In this document: piece after piece, positions 51,947 through 64,000 of the stretch
Layout: the number at the start of each line of letters is the position of its first letter
How positions within the stretch are numbered: the stretch's first letter is position 1
NCBI RefSeq assembly: GCF_036588685.1
Contig: NC_086373.1
Location: forward strand, 7,998,001-8,062,000
Reading direction: 5' to 3'
From: Mytilus trossulus
Lineage: Eukaryota
Length of the DNA: 64,000 bases
The notes under the pieces: generated by a model
What the model was told of the DNA's origin: nothing
The model's database searches: none
Seen by the model: only the letters and a program-made list of their open reading frames with translations
Program-made: the position numbers and the translations under genes

Positions 51947-53154
51947 GAAGCATGTGTTGTTGTGTTGATGCATGTGTTTGGATGTTTACCCCATTTACAA
52001 CGTTAAGTTGATTTTTTTTTGTCAATAACATTAATTTGGTAAAAGCAAAATGTAATAATTTGAAGCCTGAAAAATGTACAAAAAGGACACTTCTCTGTTC
52101 TGTCACATATTGGAAAAATTTTTAGAAATTGATATTAATATTTCAATCTTTTATCTTAAATTTATGTTAGCAACAACTTGAAAGTCGAATTTTCATTTGA
52201 AAAATATTCATAAATGAATATAGGATAACGATCATGTAGTATATTTTCGCTGTGATATTCTAGTTTCTTGTGGATACACGCAAAGCAGAAGCATACCGAC
52301 TAGTAATAATTTAACCTGGCATGCCATATAATATTAACGTTAGGGTCGAACGTTTCGGACGTATTGGTGAAAATAATTTTATTGTTTCATTTTTTTACTC
52401 TATTTTCATATCTAGTATATATTTCATTTCATATTTGATTATTGACCCCGACTTTGTCGTTAATCTTGACATTTACGCGTTTTACCGGCGGATTAATTGT
52501 CATAATCTTGGACAAGGGTGGATTTTATAACTCTTTATATTTAATAACGTTTCCTCTGACAGCTAAGACACTAATTTACAATTATTTTGATCCCCTGCAA
52601 TGGACACTGATTACTCTATGGATCTTTTGTTATTTCTGTTTGTCATCTGTTAATCTTCTTAACCTTTCATTGTATGTGCTTATGTATATTCTTATTATTA
52701 TGTTACATTTGTTTAATAATTATTCCTATCTATATTATGTAATATATGTGGTTAATTTTATACCACAGCATTTTTATGCTTTCACAATAAAGATTCATTC
52801 ATTCATATACTATTCCCGATAGCCCTACACCTTACTATCAATTTAATGTATAAATATAAATTTGTTGCGGCAAGCAAGATTGAAAAATTAAACCTGATAA
52901 ATAGAGTAAGGTATTTTTTTCTCTCTCAGAAAGTTAAAAAAGTTATGAACATCTAATTTTATAAAAATAAAACTAAAGATTGACCAAAACAGGATGAAAA
53001 ATAACATAAATCCGTGTTGTTTTTAAATTCAAAATCACTGGTCTTTTCAATGGCATTTTTCATAGTTTTTACATCATTTGTTACTATACTATATATAAAA
53101 ATATTAATTTTCGCGAACCATTTAGGTCACGGAAATTCCAAAATATGGCATCAG

Positions 53155-53539
53155 TTAGGAGAGTTGTGCAAATGATGTGAATACACAGAACCCCAATCCA
53201 AATTATCTTTAGCTTAAAGTATTCATCATTTTCTATTTTATATGTACTAACAACATTCCATTTTTCTATAATTTCGATTAAAATATTCCAAAATCTGACT
53301 CTAATGCCCCAAATAAAAATTGTCTGATTGGTTGAAGTACTGTGGCGTCGATGATTAGCATAATAAGCCTCGATTTAAAGCACACGCTTCACAGGAATGA
53401 GGAGAGTTTTACAAATTGTGTGAATACACAGATCCTCCATCCTATTTATATTTTCGGCTGGAAATGTTGCAGTGTTCATCATTTCTGTTTTGATTCTGCT
53501 CACAACATTCCATTTTTTCTATAATTCCGATTTAAATAT
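53155..53539. repeat. Degenerate direct duplication (53155-53288 / 53398-53539)
   Basis: tgtgaatacacaga…caacattccattttt…ctataatt.cgatt.aaatat shared. Confidence 0.8.
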
Positions 53540-54689
53540 GTGGAACCCGCAATAAAAATAGATGGCCTCAATCACGTGACCTCAATGATTTAAAAGCAAC
53601 GCAAAAAATTACGTTAATATAAGCATATGTTGTACTTTGACCCTGAGTTCTACGATGTTACATAAACCGAATCACACATAAAGATCTTTGCGGTCAAATG
53701 TAATTCTTGGTGAAGTATACGGGTAACTTCGTTTACGAAATTTTATACACACTTTATCATTAACATATTACCAGGCTTTTGCATATTCACGTTTTTTTAT
53801 GCTGAACTGTAGTCGAATTCAATTCTATACATTTTTTTTACGTAAAGCAATAGGAGTAAGAATATTTTTTTCGCGCCAATTTAACCAGCATCATCACCAT
53901 CAACAAAATTATGTACCGTTATTTTTGTGCAATTTCAGTTATATAGTTTATCAATTAGAGAAATTTTGGTAAGTATTACTTACTAATGTTAAGGTTCTAC
54001 TGATGTGCTTCTTTAGACCTTTTTGACGGTCCGTGTTATCCCCATTTATCTCAATACTATCTCCGATGACAGAAATGTCAACCCGACGAAAGTGAAAATC
54101 GCATCTGTTTGATGAAATAATTTCTTCTTCAACGGTTCATGCATTATTTTTGTATTATTTGATAACAAATCAAAATAAAAAAATGAACGAAAAACAAATA
54201 TGTAACACATAAACAAACCAACCACTGAATTACAGGCTCCTGACTTGAGACAGGCACATACATAAATAATGTGGCGGGGTTAATCATGTTAGCGGGATCC
54301 CAACCCTCCCCCTCACCTGGGACAGTGGTATAACAGTACAACATAAGAACGAACTATAAAAATTAGTTGAAAAAGGCTTAACTCATCAGATAGACAAAAA
54401 ATAACACACAAAAAATAACACCATATAGGAAAAACATAGAACTCCTTTTGTCATAAGACACTGTCAAACATCCAAACATACTATCCACACTCATCTGTGT
54501 CCACACTTGTAATATAACACAATCTCTATCCCGTTAGAAAAAACAGATAACATTTTTATTTGTAATATTCACTTTCATCCATGTTAAATGAAATTATAAA
54601 TGTAACGATTTGATAAAAGGAAATAAAAAATTGGAAGTATTTAAAAACGAATCAAACCGTTTATTGACAAAGAGTTCTAATTAAAATGT

Positions 54690-54812
54690 GGTCTTCATCT
54701 TTGGCCTTTTTAAAACTTTTTAATTGAGAGGCACCGATGAGCCTTTGGTAGATCGGATGCACGCGCATCTAGAGTAGACATTTATAAAACTGGAAACTAT
54801 GATGAGTTTATT
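54690..54812 (+). mobile_element. Heavily decayed retrozyme/hammerhead fragment
   Basis: tttggccttttt…gagaggcaccgatgagcctttggtaga…acgcgcatc resembles 23240-23345. Confidence 0.6.
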
Positions 54813-55294
54813 CAAAAAAATTTACTAACTAATGTGTAAGCTAGAAAATCTAAAAAGAAACATTTGGTCACAATATTAATGCCTACGGTACTTTCTACTA
54901 CTTGTTTTCGAATTGCAGATCAACATCCCGATAAAATTGAAAAATAGCGGACTCAGAAGGCTCCATTTTTTTTATAAAAATATCTTTGTTTCACACAATT
55001 TTTATAGCATTGATGGCATTTTCGTCGAACGAAGACCCGCTCTTTGTGATATATGGCGCTGTTGTTGCTTGTTCGATTTATGATTGCCCTTGATAGCACG
55101 TCTTTTAAACCCTTGTTTACATATATAATATATTGCAATTACCCGGATCTAACTTTATAAAATGCTTCATCAATTTGTTACTAATAATAAATATATGTGA
55201 AATATAGTTATATTGTTTATTATTTTATATGTCACAAACTTAATGTTTAAAGTTTATATGGCAATAAATATTTGAATTTGAATTTGAATAAACT

Positions 55295-55394
55295 TGTGCA
55301 CAGAAATCTATTTACGTGCATCTTCTATGCAGTGACGACATAGACATGTGCACAAAATTAATTCTACGTGTAGCTTTATATGCAGTGACGACAT
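55295..55394 (+). repeat. Two ~52-bp direct repeats, each with TACGTG and TGACG, upstream of paralog 3
   Basis: Seen directly. Confidence 0.8.
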
Positions 55395-55549
55395 TCAATT
55401 GTTGAACAAATTCAATATGGTAATACAGTTCTTTACAAAACTCCTATTTGAATTTTCTAAATATTTGATTCGAGTTTCCGGTTTTTCATTTAACTATCGC
55501 CTATTATATATGTAACCTATCACGTAATTACAAATAGTAGCAATTCTTT

Positions 55550-55790
55550 GTTCAGAAATAGACACTCCCTTTCAAATTAGTAGATGATTCTCGGTCTATG
55601 ATCATTCAATTGTATAAAAGGCGTTTCGTAAGTACACCTGAGAGGGTTTATGGGCAACTTGACTGACGGATTACTCTGGCTTGGTTCCAGCAGACGGGTA
55701 TTTAAACGTAGATAAACAATCGAGTTGCATGTTGGGAAGACATTTAAGGACATTCCCTTATAACGATATCTTGTATTGCATTTTATACAT
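55550..55790 (+). promoter_or_regulatory. Conserved upstream module of paralog 3
   Basis: cagaaatagacactcc (55553-55568), ttccagcag, ATAAACAA, acatttaaggac. Confidence 0.65.
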
Positions 55791-55875
55791 TGACTTTCAC
55801 TTGAAAATATAGTTGTCTCTACCAACAATTATTTAGTCGCACTTTATCTAAACGAACTATTAACCACAGTTGCAT

Positions 55876-56208
55876 ATGGATCATTTGACATTGGGATCGG
55901 ATATATGGAAAACATCACTAGGTAAAATTGGAGAAAATAGTTCTTTGAAAAATGATTCCGAAGACAGTGATGATGGCTTACATATTAATTCATTTCAAAA
56001 GGAGAAAACACGTTTACATAGAAACAAGAAATATTCATATAAACTGGACAATGAAAAGAGAGTAAGAACTCGTGTCCAATGGATAGACGAATGTGGAGAT
56101 GTACCTCTGGCTTCTGAAAACAGAAATTCTTCAAAAAAGGACTTACGACTAAAACCTAGGCCTATCTTAAAATATCGAGCCAACTGTCTCATCGTTGTAT
56201 CGGAATAG
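55876..56208 (+). CDS. Small intronless putative PP1-interacting protein, paralog 3 (110 aa; RVQW, RPILK)
   Basis: True ATG at 55876; homology to paralogs 1 and 2; AATAAA at ~56490. Confidence 0.85.
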   Translation: MDHLTLGSDIWKTSLGKIGENSSLKNDSEDSDDGLHINSFQKEKTRLHRNKKYSYKLDNEKRVRTRVQWIDECGDVPLASENRNSSKKDLRLKPRPILKYRANCLIVVSE

Positions 56209-57839
56209 TTGGAACATTCTGGACTTTGGAACAGAGTTTCAATAAGTGACATATTCAAACTTTATATTTGGGACTTGAAAATCGTACTTAAAGGAGTTGA
56301 GGAAAACGATTGAACTTGTCTTTTGATTGATATCAACTTTATAGATTGTGCTATGAACATGCAAGCATGTTTCTAATCTCAGGGTTTGAAAATGAGTATG
56401 TCAAATATGAATGGTTAATGAGGTGCAATATTTTATTATTTTTAAATATGATTATACATGTTTTACCCTTTTGTATGATATTATTTTGCAATAAATACGA
56501 TGTGCAATGTTATTTAGAGTTTGAAATCTGTCTTAAAATTGGGGTGTAACAGTAAGATTATATAATCAATTACTATTGCTCAGTTCACCAGCACGATCAT
56601 TTCAATATGTTTATAAAGTAACAACACTCTCGCAACATTTCTAAATGAATTAATTGTATAAAAGTCATCGTACACCCAGTATTCATGATTGCAGACACTC
56701 TTAAAGTTTAATCCGTTACAGGGATTACTTTTTTCTGTTACTACATTTTACATCGTAGATCAAAGCTAATAGTCAACATTCGATTAGCTCTATGGGATAT
56801 TGAATTTGAATGGTATCAAATCGAACTCAAGTGTACATGCATTATTATGACTATTACTCTTCCTAATATTATTTATCCCAGCTTTCTTTAGTAAGATGTC
56901 CGAACCGAGTAAAATTTCATAATAAGAAAGTTAGAAAATATAATAAAATTAGACATAATAACCATGGAATTCATGTAAGACCAAAATTGCTAGAATTTGA
57001 GGAACTACACACCCACTGATCATCTACAAGTTTTCATTCGGGCAATTACTTTTACAGTGTAGTGATACACGACTCTCTCCACTTATATGTAAATCAAATA
57101 GAAAAAATAGGCACAGTACTGCGAACAGTGAGTGAAGAAACCAATGGGGCAATCAAACTACGAAGATACAAAAACAAAACAAAAACACTATGCAAAGATT
57201 AAAGATTAAGCAACATGAACCAAACCGGTAGCCGAGGGTGAGATGTTGAGTTCCTGCTCATCATGTGACACCCGTCGAGTTACTTGAATTGTCATATATA
57301 AATAAAGGAAGATGTAGTATGAAGCAACTCTCCTTCCAAGTCACAATTTATAAAAGTAAACCATTTTAGGTCAATGTACGGTCTTCAACACGAGCCTTGG
57401 CTCACACCGAATTTATCAGCAAGTTATAAAGGGTCCCAAAATATAGTAAAACTATTTAAACGGGAAAACAACGGTCTAAACTATATAAAAAAACGAGAAA
57501 CATTTATGAACCAAATCAACAAACGACGATTACTGAACATCAGATTTCTGACTTAGGACAGGTGCAAAGAATTGCAGCGGTATGAAACGTTTTAATGGTA
57601 CCAAACCTGTTCCCTTATCTGAAACAATAGTGTAACATCACAACATAGAAAAACACACGATAAAATATCAATTGGAATGGCTTACTCAACTCAATAAAAA
57701 AAAAAGTAGTAACACAAATGAACATACATGTAAACTGAACGAAAAAATCTGATCTATGATACAATGTAAATACAAAGTTCAATAAAAATAAGGGATGAAT
57801 AATTAAAGTAAAAGTATTATACCACTGTGAAATGGTAAA

Positions 57840-58300
57840 TAAAGGCAACAGTAGTATACCGCTGTTCAAAACTCTTAAATCCATGGACAAAAAAACAAGA
57901 TCGGGGTAACAAACTTAAACTGTGAGAAACGCATTAAATACATGTATAAGAGGAAAACAACGACACAACATTAAAATGTAACACACACAGAAACGGACTA
58001 AGCATTAGACAAAATCCTAGGAAAATTTCAAATATAACATCAAATCCAAATACATGAATTTGGGATAGATAAGAACCGTGACACGTCTTATAGTAATGTG
58101 AATTCACACTCAAAAGTAAGAGAAAACAAACGACACAACGGAAACACAAGGTTAAAATGTTACACACAACAGAAATGAACTAAATATAACAATGGCCATA
58201 TTCCTGACTTGGTACAGGACATTTTTAAAGGAAAAAATGGTGGGTTGAACCTGGTTTTGTTGCACGTCAAACCTCCCTTTTAAGCAATTGTAAACAATTA
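57840..58300 (+). mobile_element. Interspersed repeat family D copy (others ~10935-11130, 19380-19615 -, 22110-22240, 24745-25045)
   Basis: Recurring aaggcaacagtagtataccgctgttc…cctgacttggtacaggacatttt. Confidence 0.75.
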
Positions 58301-61300
58301 CCGAAAACATTAACTTTGAAAAAAAATACGTATATCCATTGAGTATGCATTTAACGGATTGAAACATGTTTCTCGTCTCACCCTACGACAATACAAAAGT
58401 AAACAATCGGTATGTCCTTCTACTCTTGTCCCCTGCCTTGACCGAATGTGACAACAATTGTTCAGGGACATAAGGATAAATGACACTTTAGCGGTAAGAG
58501 AAAATATATAGGTATTAATAAAAAAGGCACAAAATAAAACACTGACATCTAATGCAACACGATAAATTAAAATCCATGCAGTAGATTTATTTGTACCAAA
58601 CATGTTATTGCTCAGTTCGTTCATTCGTTCGTCCCTCCGTCTGTCTGTCCCGCTTCAGGTAAAAGTTATTAGTCAAGACAGCTTTTGAGGAAGTTGAAGT
58701 CACACATGCTCCCAATGATAAAAAAGTATGATTTTTCTAATTTTAATGCCAAATTACAGTTTTGACCACCAATTTCACTGTCAACTGAACACAGAAAATG
58801 ATAGCTTGAGTTTTTATTTTAATTGCAAGTAAAAAAAGATGAATAACAAATTTGCATGGTCAAATGCTATTTGCGAACCCCTAGAAGAGATGTTATGTGA
58901 ATTTCAATTACACGGCGTGACGCCAGTTTAATAACTTGACAAACACCCTACTACGACATTTAACCAATCCTGCCAGGCGTGGCTCCCCATTTATGCACCG
59001 AACACATGTACAGTAGAGCAATTTTTGCTCTGACATTGTAGACTTTTTGGCTGTTTATACATTTGTAACACAAACGTACAACCAAACACGTTGTCTTCTC
59101 TTAATCATAATTTACAGTTGTTCGCTCACTCATTTTTGTATGAAATTAAAAGACGATCGATCCAATTTAAACGCAAATGCCGACGTGACAAAAAAAAGTG
59201 CACATTTGTCAGTTTTTTTACGCTTGAAAAGTATCTGAAGTACGTGCACATTTTCAGGTAACTATATTCAATTTTAAATAATGTTGCAAGTATTTAACTG
59301 AAAACTACATAAAAATATTTTAATGACACTTGTACGTTTCAATACGGTTGAAAACCCTCACGTTTTATTACGACGTTTATCCTCATAAATTTGCATCTAA
59401 ATTTGAAGTGAAAGTGTGAATGTAGACATGTTATGTTGGAGAGCTAATAAAACAGAAGCGGATCTAAAGAAATATCAAAATCCAGACAAGTAATACAAGT
59501 TAAGCACAATGGAAGTATGTCTTTTTCCTTAACAAATCGATATGCGGTTTGTCATGCCAGAATTGTAGCACTGATCTACTGGGCGATGATTCACATGGGG
59601 GTCTAACAGTTCTGATATAGCGTTTTTGCATTGTAGCCATTTTTTTTTTACAATATATTGCAATCCCATTATCCATCCGTCCATCTGTACGCCCGTCCTA
59701 CAAATATCATTGTCACACCTTTTTTTTTTAGGAACTACGTATATAATGAACAGCATGATTTTGAATTTGATAAACAGCTTGACAGTGATGAGATGTTAAA
59801 TGTGAGGTATTTTCGTATCTGCCAGACTCCTGCTTCCTATATTTCAATATTTGGAAATATTTCAACGAATACAAACAGTCTACTGAAACGTTTCTTAAAA
59901 AACAACTGAACACAATGACTTCACAGTTAGACAGTAGTTTAAAAATGATGTGCTGTAACGAATGAGCGTTTTTTTCTGATTGGTCATACATGCAATTACT
60001 ATGTTTTCAATAACGAGTGGCGTATCCCGCCGCATTCTTGCGCCTGTCCCAAATCAGGAGCCTCTGGCCTTTGTTAGTCATGTATTATATTTAATTTTAG
60101 TTTCTTGTGTATAATTCATTTGGACTTTAGTATGGCGTTCATTATCAATGAACTAGTAAATATATTTATTTAGGGGCCAGCTGAAGGATGCCTCCATGTG
60201 CGGGAATTTCTCGCTGCATTGAAGACCTATTGGTGACCTTCTGCTGTTGTATGTTCTATGGTCGGGTTGTTGTCTCTTTAACACATTCCTGATTTCCATT
60301 CTCAATTTAATGCTTAGCATGACACGTTTAACAGCTTGTGTTTTTAACATTAAAAACAATTCCAAAGTTGCAAAGCTGCTCGATCACTTGTTACATAAAC
60401 CATATAGTTATTAGTTAAACAGGCAACCAGTTTGTTTATGATTAGAGAGGTACCCAATAAAATAGGCAGGGTGACAATTTATGTAAAAGAGGTCAGGATA
60501 ACCTAATAAAAAATGTCAGGACCGAATAGAGTGGGAGAAAAAGGCAGGACAGAGATAACATCTAAAACAAATTGCAGGACAATATTTTACATTCCAGCCC
60601 CCTCTCCCCTCTCCCCTTTCCATAGAAATCAAAGGGAATACGTATCTACCTTATGTGTCTTTCTCTTGTGATAAGCTGTCAGAAAGGTTCTTCGAGTCTT
60701 CTTAATGGTTTTAATTTACTGTCTGTTAATCCATAATTGATAAAATCGAAAAAGCATTTTTAAAAGCGGTTTCTGAAGAGTAATCGAAAGACATTCCAAG
60801 TTGATGTGCGACTGGTGAAACCTAATTAGAACTTTGTCGGACTCCCTGGTATTCAACAATTCAAAAATTAAACTACACAATTACCCCAAACGGAGCCTCA
60901 TCTTATTATTTAAGTTCGTATCGTAAAAGCCTTTTTTGGTTTCGATTATTGAATTTACCTTTTCTTTAAATGTTTGTCCGATTTCTTCTTAATTACTAAA
61001 TGATACTGAATTTGTGTGTATAAATAAAAAAAAAATGGAAATAAAAACAAGAACATTCAACTCAAACCAACCGCCCACTATATTCGTGAAACCAGCGCGA
61101 TAGTCGAATATCTACAAAAAAAAACCGGTCAGTTGAATAACCCGAAAGTTTGTAAGCCTTTGTAACAGTTATCCACAGATATTAAGATTACCTTTATCAA
61201 CATATGAATAGAAAATATCAACTAATAGAATACTTAGACCTGATAAAAATTTCAATTAGGAGATATATTAAAGGCTTTTTTGTATATAAAGTAGTCTGTA

Positions 61301-61843
61301 GAAGTTTTAAATCAAGTGAAATTTAAATTGAATTTACAAACAACAGCAAAACTGTTATTGTTCATTTTCTGACATAAATCAGCCAATAGTACAAAGATAG
61401 TACATGTTCATATAAACACATAAAAGTACAAACCACAATATATACACCAATGCATGCATCGTGTAAAAATGCGGTGACTGAAACAGTACAATGAAGAACC
61501 ATGTATGTCTGAATATATTATTTAAAATGATGAAGCACACAATATATCAATCTGATCGAAATAAACACGCTTCGCTTACAATTGTAGAACAAAGCCCGGT
61601 TTATTGTGGTCAATACCTTTTAGAATCATCCGTTCAAAAAAAGCAAAACATGGATCTATGAGCTTTTTTTTTTTTTTTTAACTAGGAAGGTATTAGTTGT
61701 ATTTTTTAATACATTTTTTTTTATTTTGATGCTTCATAGTCGCCGTCACGTAAAATTTGCACAATGTTTTTGGTTGAAATTTTTTAAACAAACAAGATGA
61801 CACTTTTCATTTAGTGGAATCAAATATCATTCCAAAAAATCAA

Positions 61844-62174
61844 CTACTGTCCTAGTACCTTTTATTGTGTTTGCTCTGTATAATCCTGACCTTCACATAA
61901 TCCAAGATTATTTTGTATGGTGGAATCCGACATTGTTATTACCGGAAATGTTGCCGTGGGGTTCCACGTGCTCTCTATTTTCTCGTGTCTCTCTGAGCTT
62001 TTCTTCATCTTTACGCGAAAAGCGCGGGAAATTGTATCATTAAGGGATTAACGAATGTTATGTAAATCAGGGATCCTCATAGCACCAAGATGGCGGTTTT
62101 AAAATGTAAATAATCTTGAAAAATGAGAAGGTCAGGATTATACAGTGCAAACACAATGAAAGGTAGGATAGTAG
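61844..62174. mobile_element. ~330-bp MITE with ~70-bp TIRs
   Basis: attgtgtttgctctgtataatcctgaccttc versus gaaggtcaggattatacagtgcaaacacaat. Confidence 0.75.
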
Positions 62175-63824
62175 TGGATATTTGGACTGGATTTTTCTTC
62201 CGCTCATTGAAAAACATCATCTCGAGTGAACGTGACTGATATTTAACAAAAATTTGACAAATCATTGTGCCAATTTTACGTGACGGCTTTATAGATTGTT
62301 GTGCAATCAAATTCGTTTTATGTTTTGCTATTTTAATTATTTTCATTTGTTTTTATAGTATCAAGAATATTATGACATTAAAAAGTAGCAAAATTTGGTT
62401 AAAATTCGAGATTAAAATTTGTATTTTTTTTTATATGCAAAGCGACACTGATCCCATGATAATTTAAGTTGTTTATAGTATAATAGAATTGAGAGTGGAA
62501 ATGGGGAATGTGTCAAAGGGACAACAACTCAACCAAAGTGCAGAAAACAGCAGAAGCCACCAATGGGTCTTCAACACAGCGATACTATTATTGCTTACTT
62601 CACAGAAGCTCTTTTCTGAATTTACCTTCATTAGGAACAATCAAAGACGAATACTTGAAAGAATGTATAAGAACCGAAACAGTTGCAGAGTTGTGTGACC
62701 AAAAGGGACCTAAAAATAGCAAATCAATATAAGGTCAACTTTTCCTGATAGAGTTTAAATCTTCGGTTTTTTATAATTTCAAAATTTATAAACGGAAAAA
62801 TAAGAAAGGTTTGTTATAAATTATGTCAGTATCGAAATACTGACTATTAGTATAGTACTATTGGGAACTGATATGCGTATGCTGCTTAATCGTCGTCTAT
62901 TATTTTTGCCGGGTAGTCAAATTCAATACCAATATAACTTGTATTCGCCTACAAATATATGCAATGTAGAAAGTGTTTTCTTGTGTTATTTTTTGTATTA
63001 TATTTAAACGCTTGATAACTACTCGTATGAATACTGCAAGCGTGTTGTCAGTCATGGAAGTACACTTTTTGCTTATTTGTCGAATGCTGTAAAATTGAAA
63101 CAAACTTAGCTGCATTGTTTGTTATTTTTAGTTCTTGAAGAGCAATACATATTTAATTTCTTTATTACATGGCACTTGAAGAAGACTGATACAGCAACGT
63201 CACATTTATGCCAGTACAACACGTGCTGGGATATTAACTTTTACATAACTACGTCACGTTTAGTTATATGGCTTTCAGAAATCTCGGGTGATTATTCCCT
63301 GGAATAAAAAAGATATTTTCAAGAAATGCTGACTAATAGAAAAAGATGGGACAAGTAGTGGGTTGTAAGGGGACTTGTAATTATACAACGAAAAAGGTGT
63401 TATCCTGGAATATTTTCCTAAATGAAAATTGATTGATAAACTGCTATATTTAGTATCGTGCGAAAACAAATTTTCCCATTGTTATTTTGATTTTTAAACG
63501 TTTGTCCAACTCTTCATTAATACATTGGATCCCTGTGTTCGCTTCTATTATGCTCAGACCATTTATGGTTTCTATAGATTATATAAATATTAGAAGTGCA
63601 CATTTTATGATTGCAATTCATGTAGAAGCTTTTTTCTTGTTTACATTAAACTCAAATTTGCTATTATGATTCATGTTTTGAAATCATGTAAAATTAGACT
63701 AAACATATATATATATATAACCATAACATCTTCATGCCTTATATATCATGTACTGTAGTACGCCGCTAGATTAAAACTGACGTGGAAAGGTAACATATGG
63801 CCACCGAAAGCTCTTTTTTTGAGA

Positions 63825-64000
63825 GCCCAGGTGGTCGTGTGGTCTAGCGGGACGGCTGCAGTGCAGGCGATTTGGTGTCACGATATCACAGTAGCATGGG
63901 TTCGAATCCCGGCGAGGGAAGAACCAAAAATTTGCGAAAGCAAATTTACAGATCTAACATTGTTGGGTTGATGTTTAGACGAGTTGCATATACATTATGT
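63825..64000 (+). mobile_element. tRNA-derived SINE head (Pol III A/B boxes), truncated by the window end
   Basis: A-box-like TGGTCGTGTGG (63832-63842) and B box GGTTCGAATCC (63899-63909); the acceptor stem does not pair. Confidence 0.7.

Noticed and set aside
51714-52106. 130-aa ORF with repeated NSFQDSTVGYL
   Set aside because: Simply the translation of the minisatellite
50065-52822. Hydrophobic 'membrane protein' ORFs (50065-50319, 52442-52822)
   Set aside because: Translations of a T-rich tandem repeat and a LINE-like 3' tail ending in (ATTC)n; non-ATG starts
63825-63920. Functional tRNA gene
   Set aside because: Acceptor stem and T-stem pair poorly and there is no clean anticodon arm; treated as a SINE head

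Overview
AT-rich eukaryotic (animal) genomic DNA with spliceosomal introns and dense repeats. The repeat repertoire suggests a bivalve such as Mytilus (inference, not verified). Protein-coding content: (1) a complete 8-exon, 468-aa divergent ceramide-kinase-family gene on the minus strand (1078-4671); (2) a cluster of three paralogous, single-exon ~110-aa genes of no family I recognise (38392-38730 -, 48830-49171 +, 55876-56208 +). All three carry an RVxW protein-phosphatase-1 docking motif and a SILK-like motif 25-26 aa downstream, and all have a forkhead-type site upstream. This cluster is the best candidate for an undescribed system. (3) A decayed DD35D pogo-type transposase with a PHD remnant. 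The rest is non-coding: hammerhead-ribozyme retrozyme copies, a Penelope-like RT fragment, a 4.1-kb long-inverted-repeat element with a 6-bp TSD and a nested TTAA element, a 1.5-kb palindrome, several MITEs/SINEs, minisatellites, a near-identical 1.43-kb tandem duplication, and several locally duplicated non-coding modules. All alignments were done by eye, so repeat boundaries are approximate.
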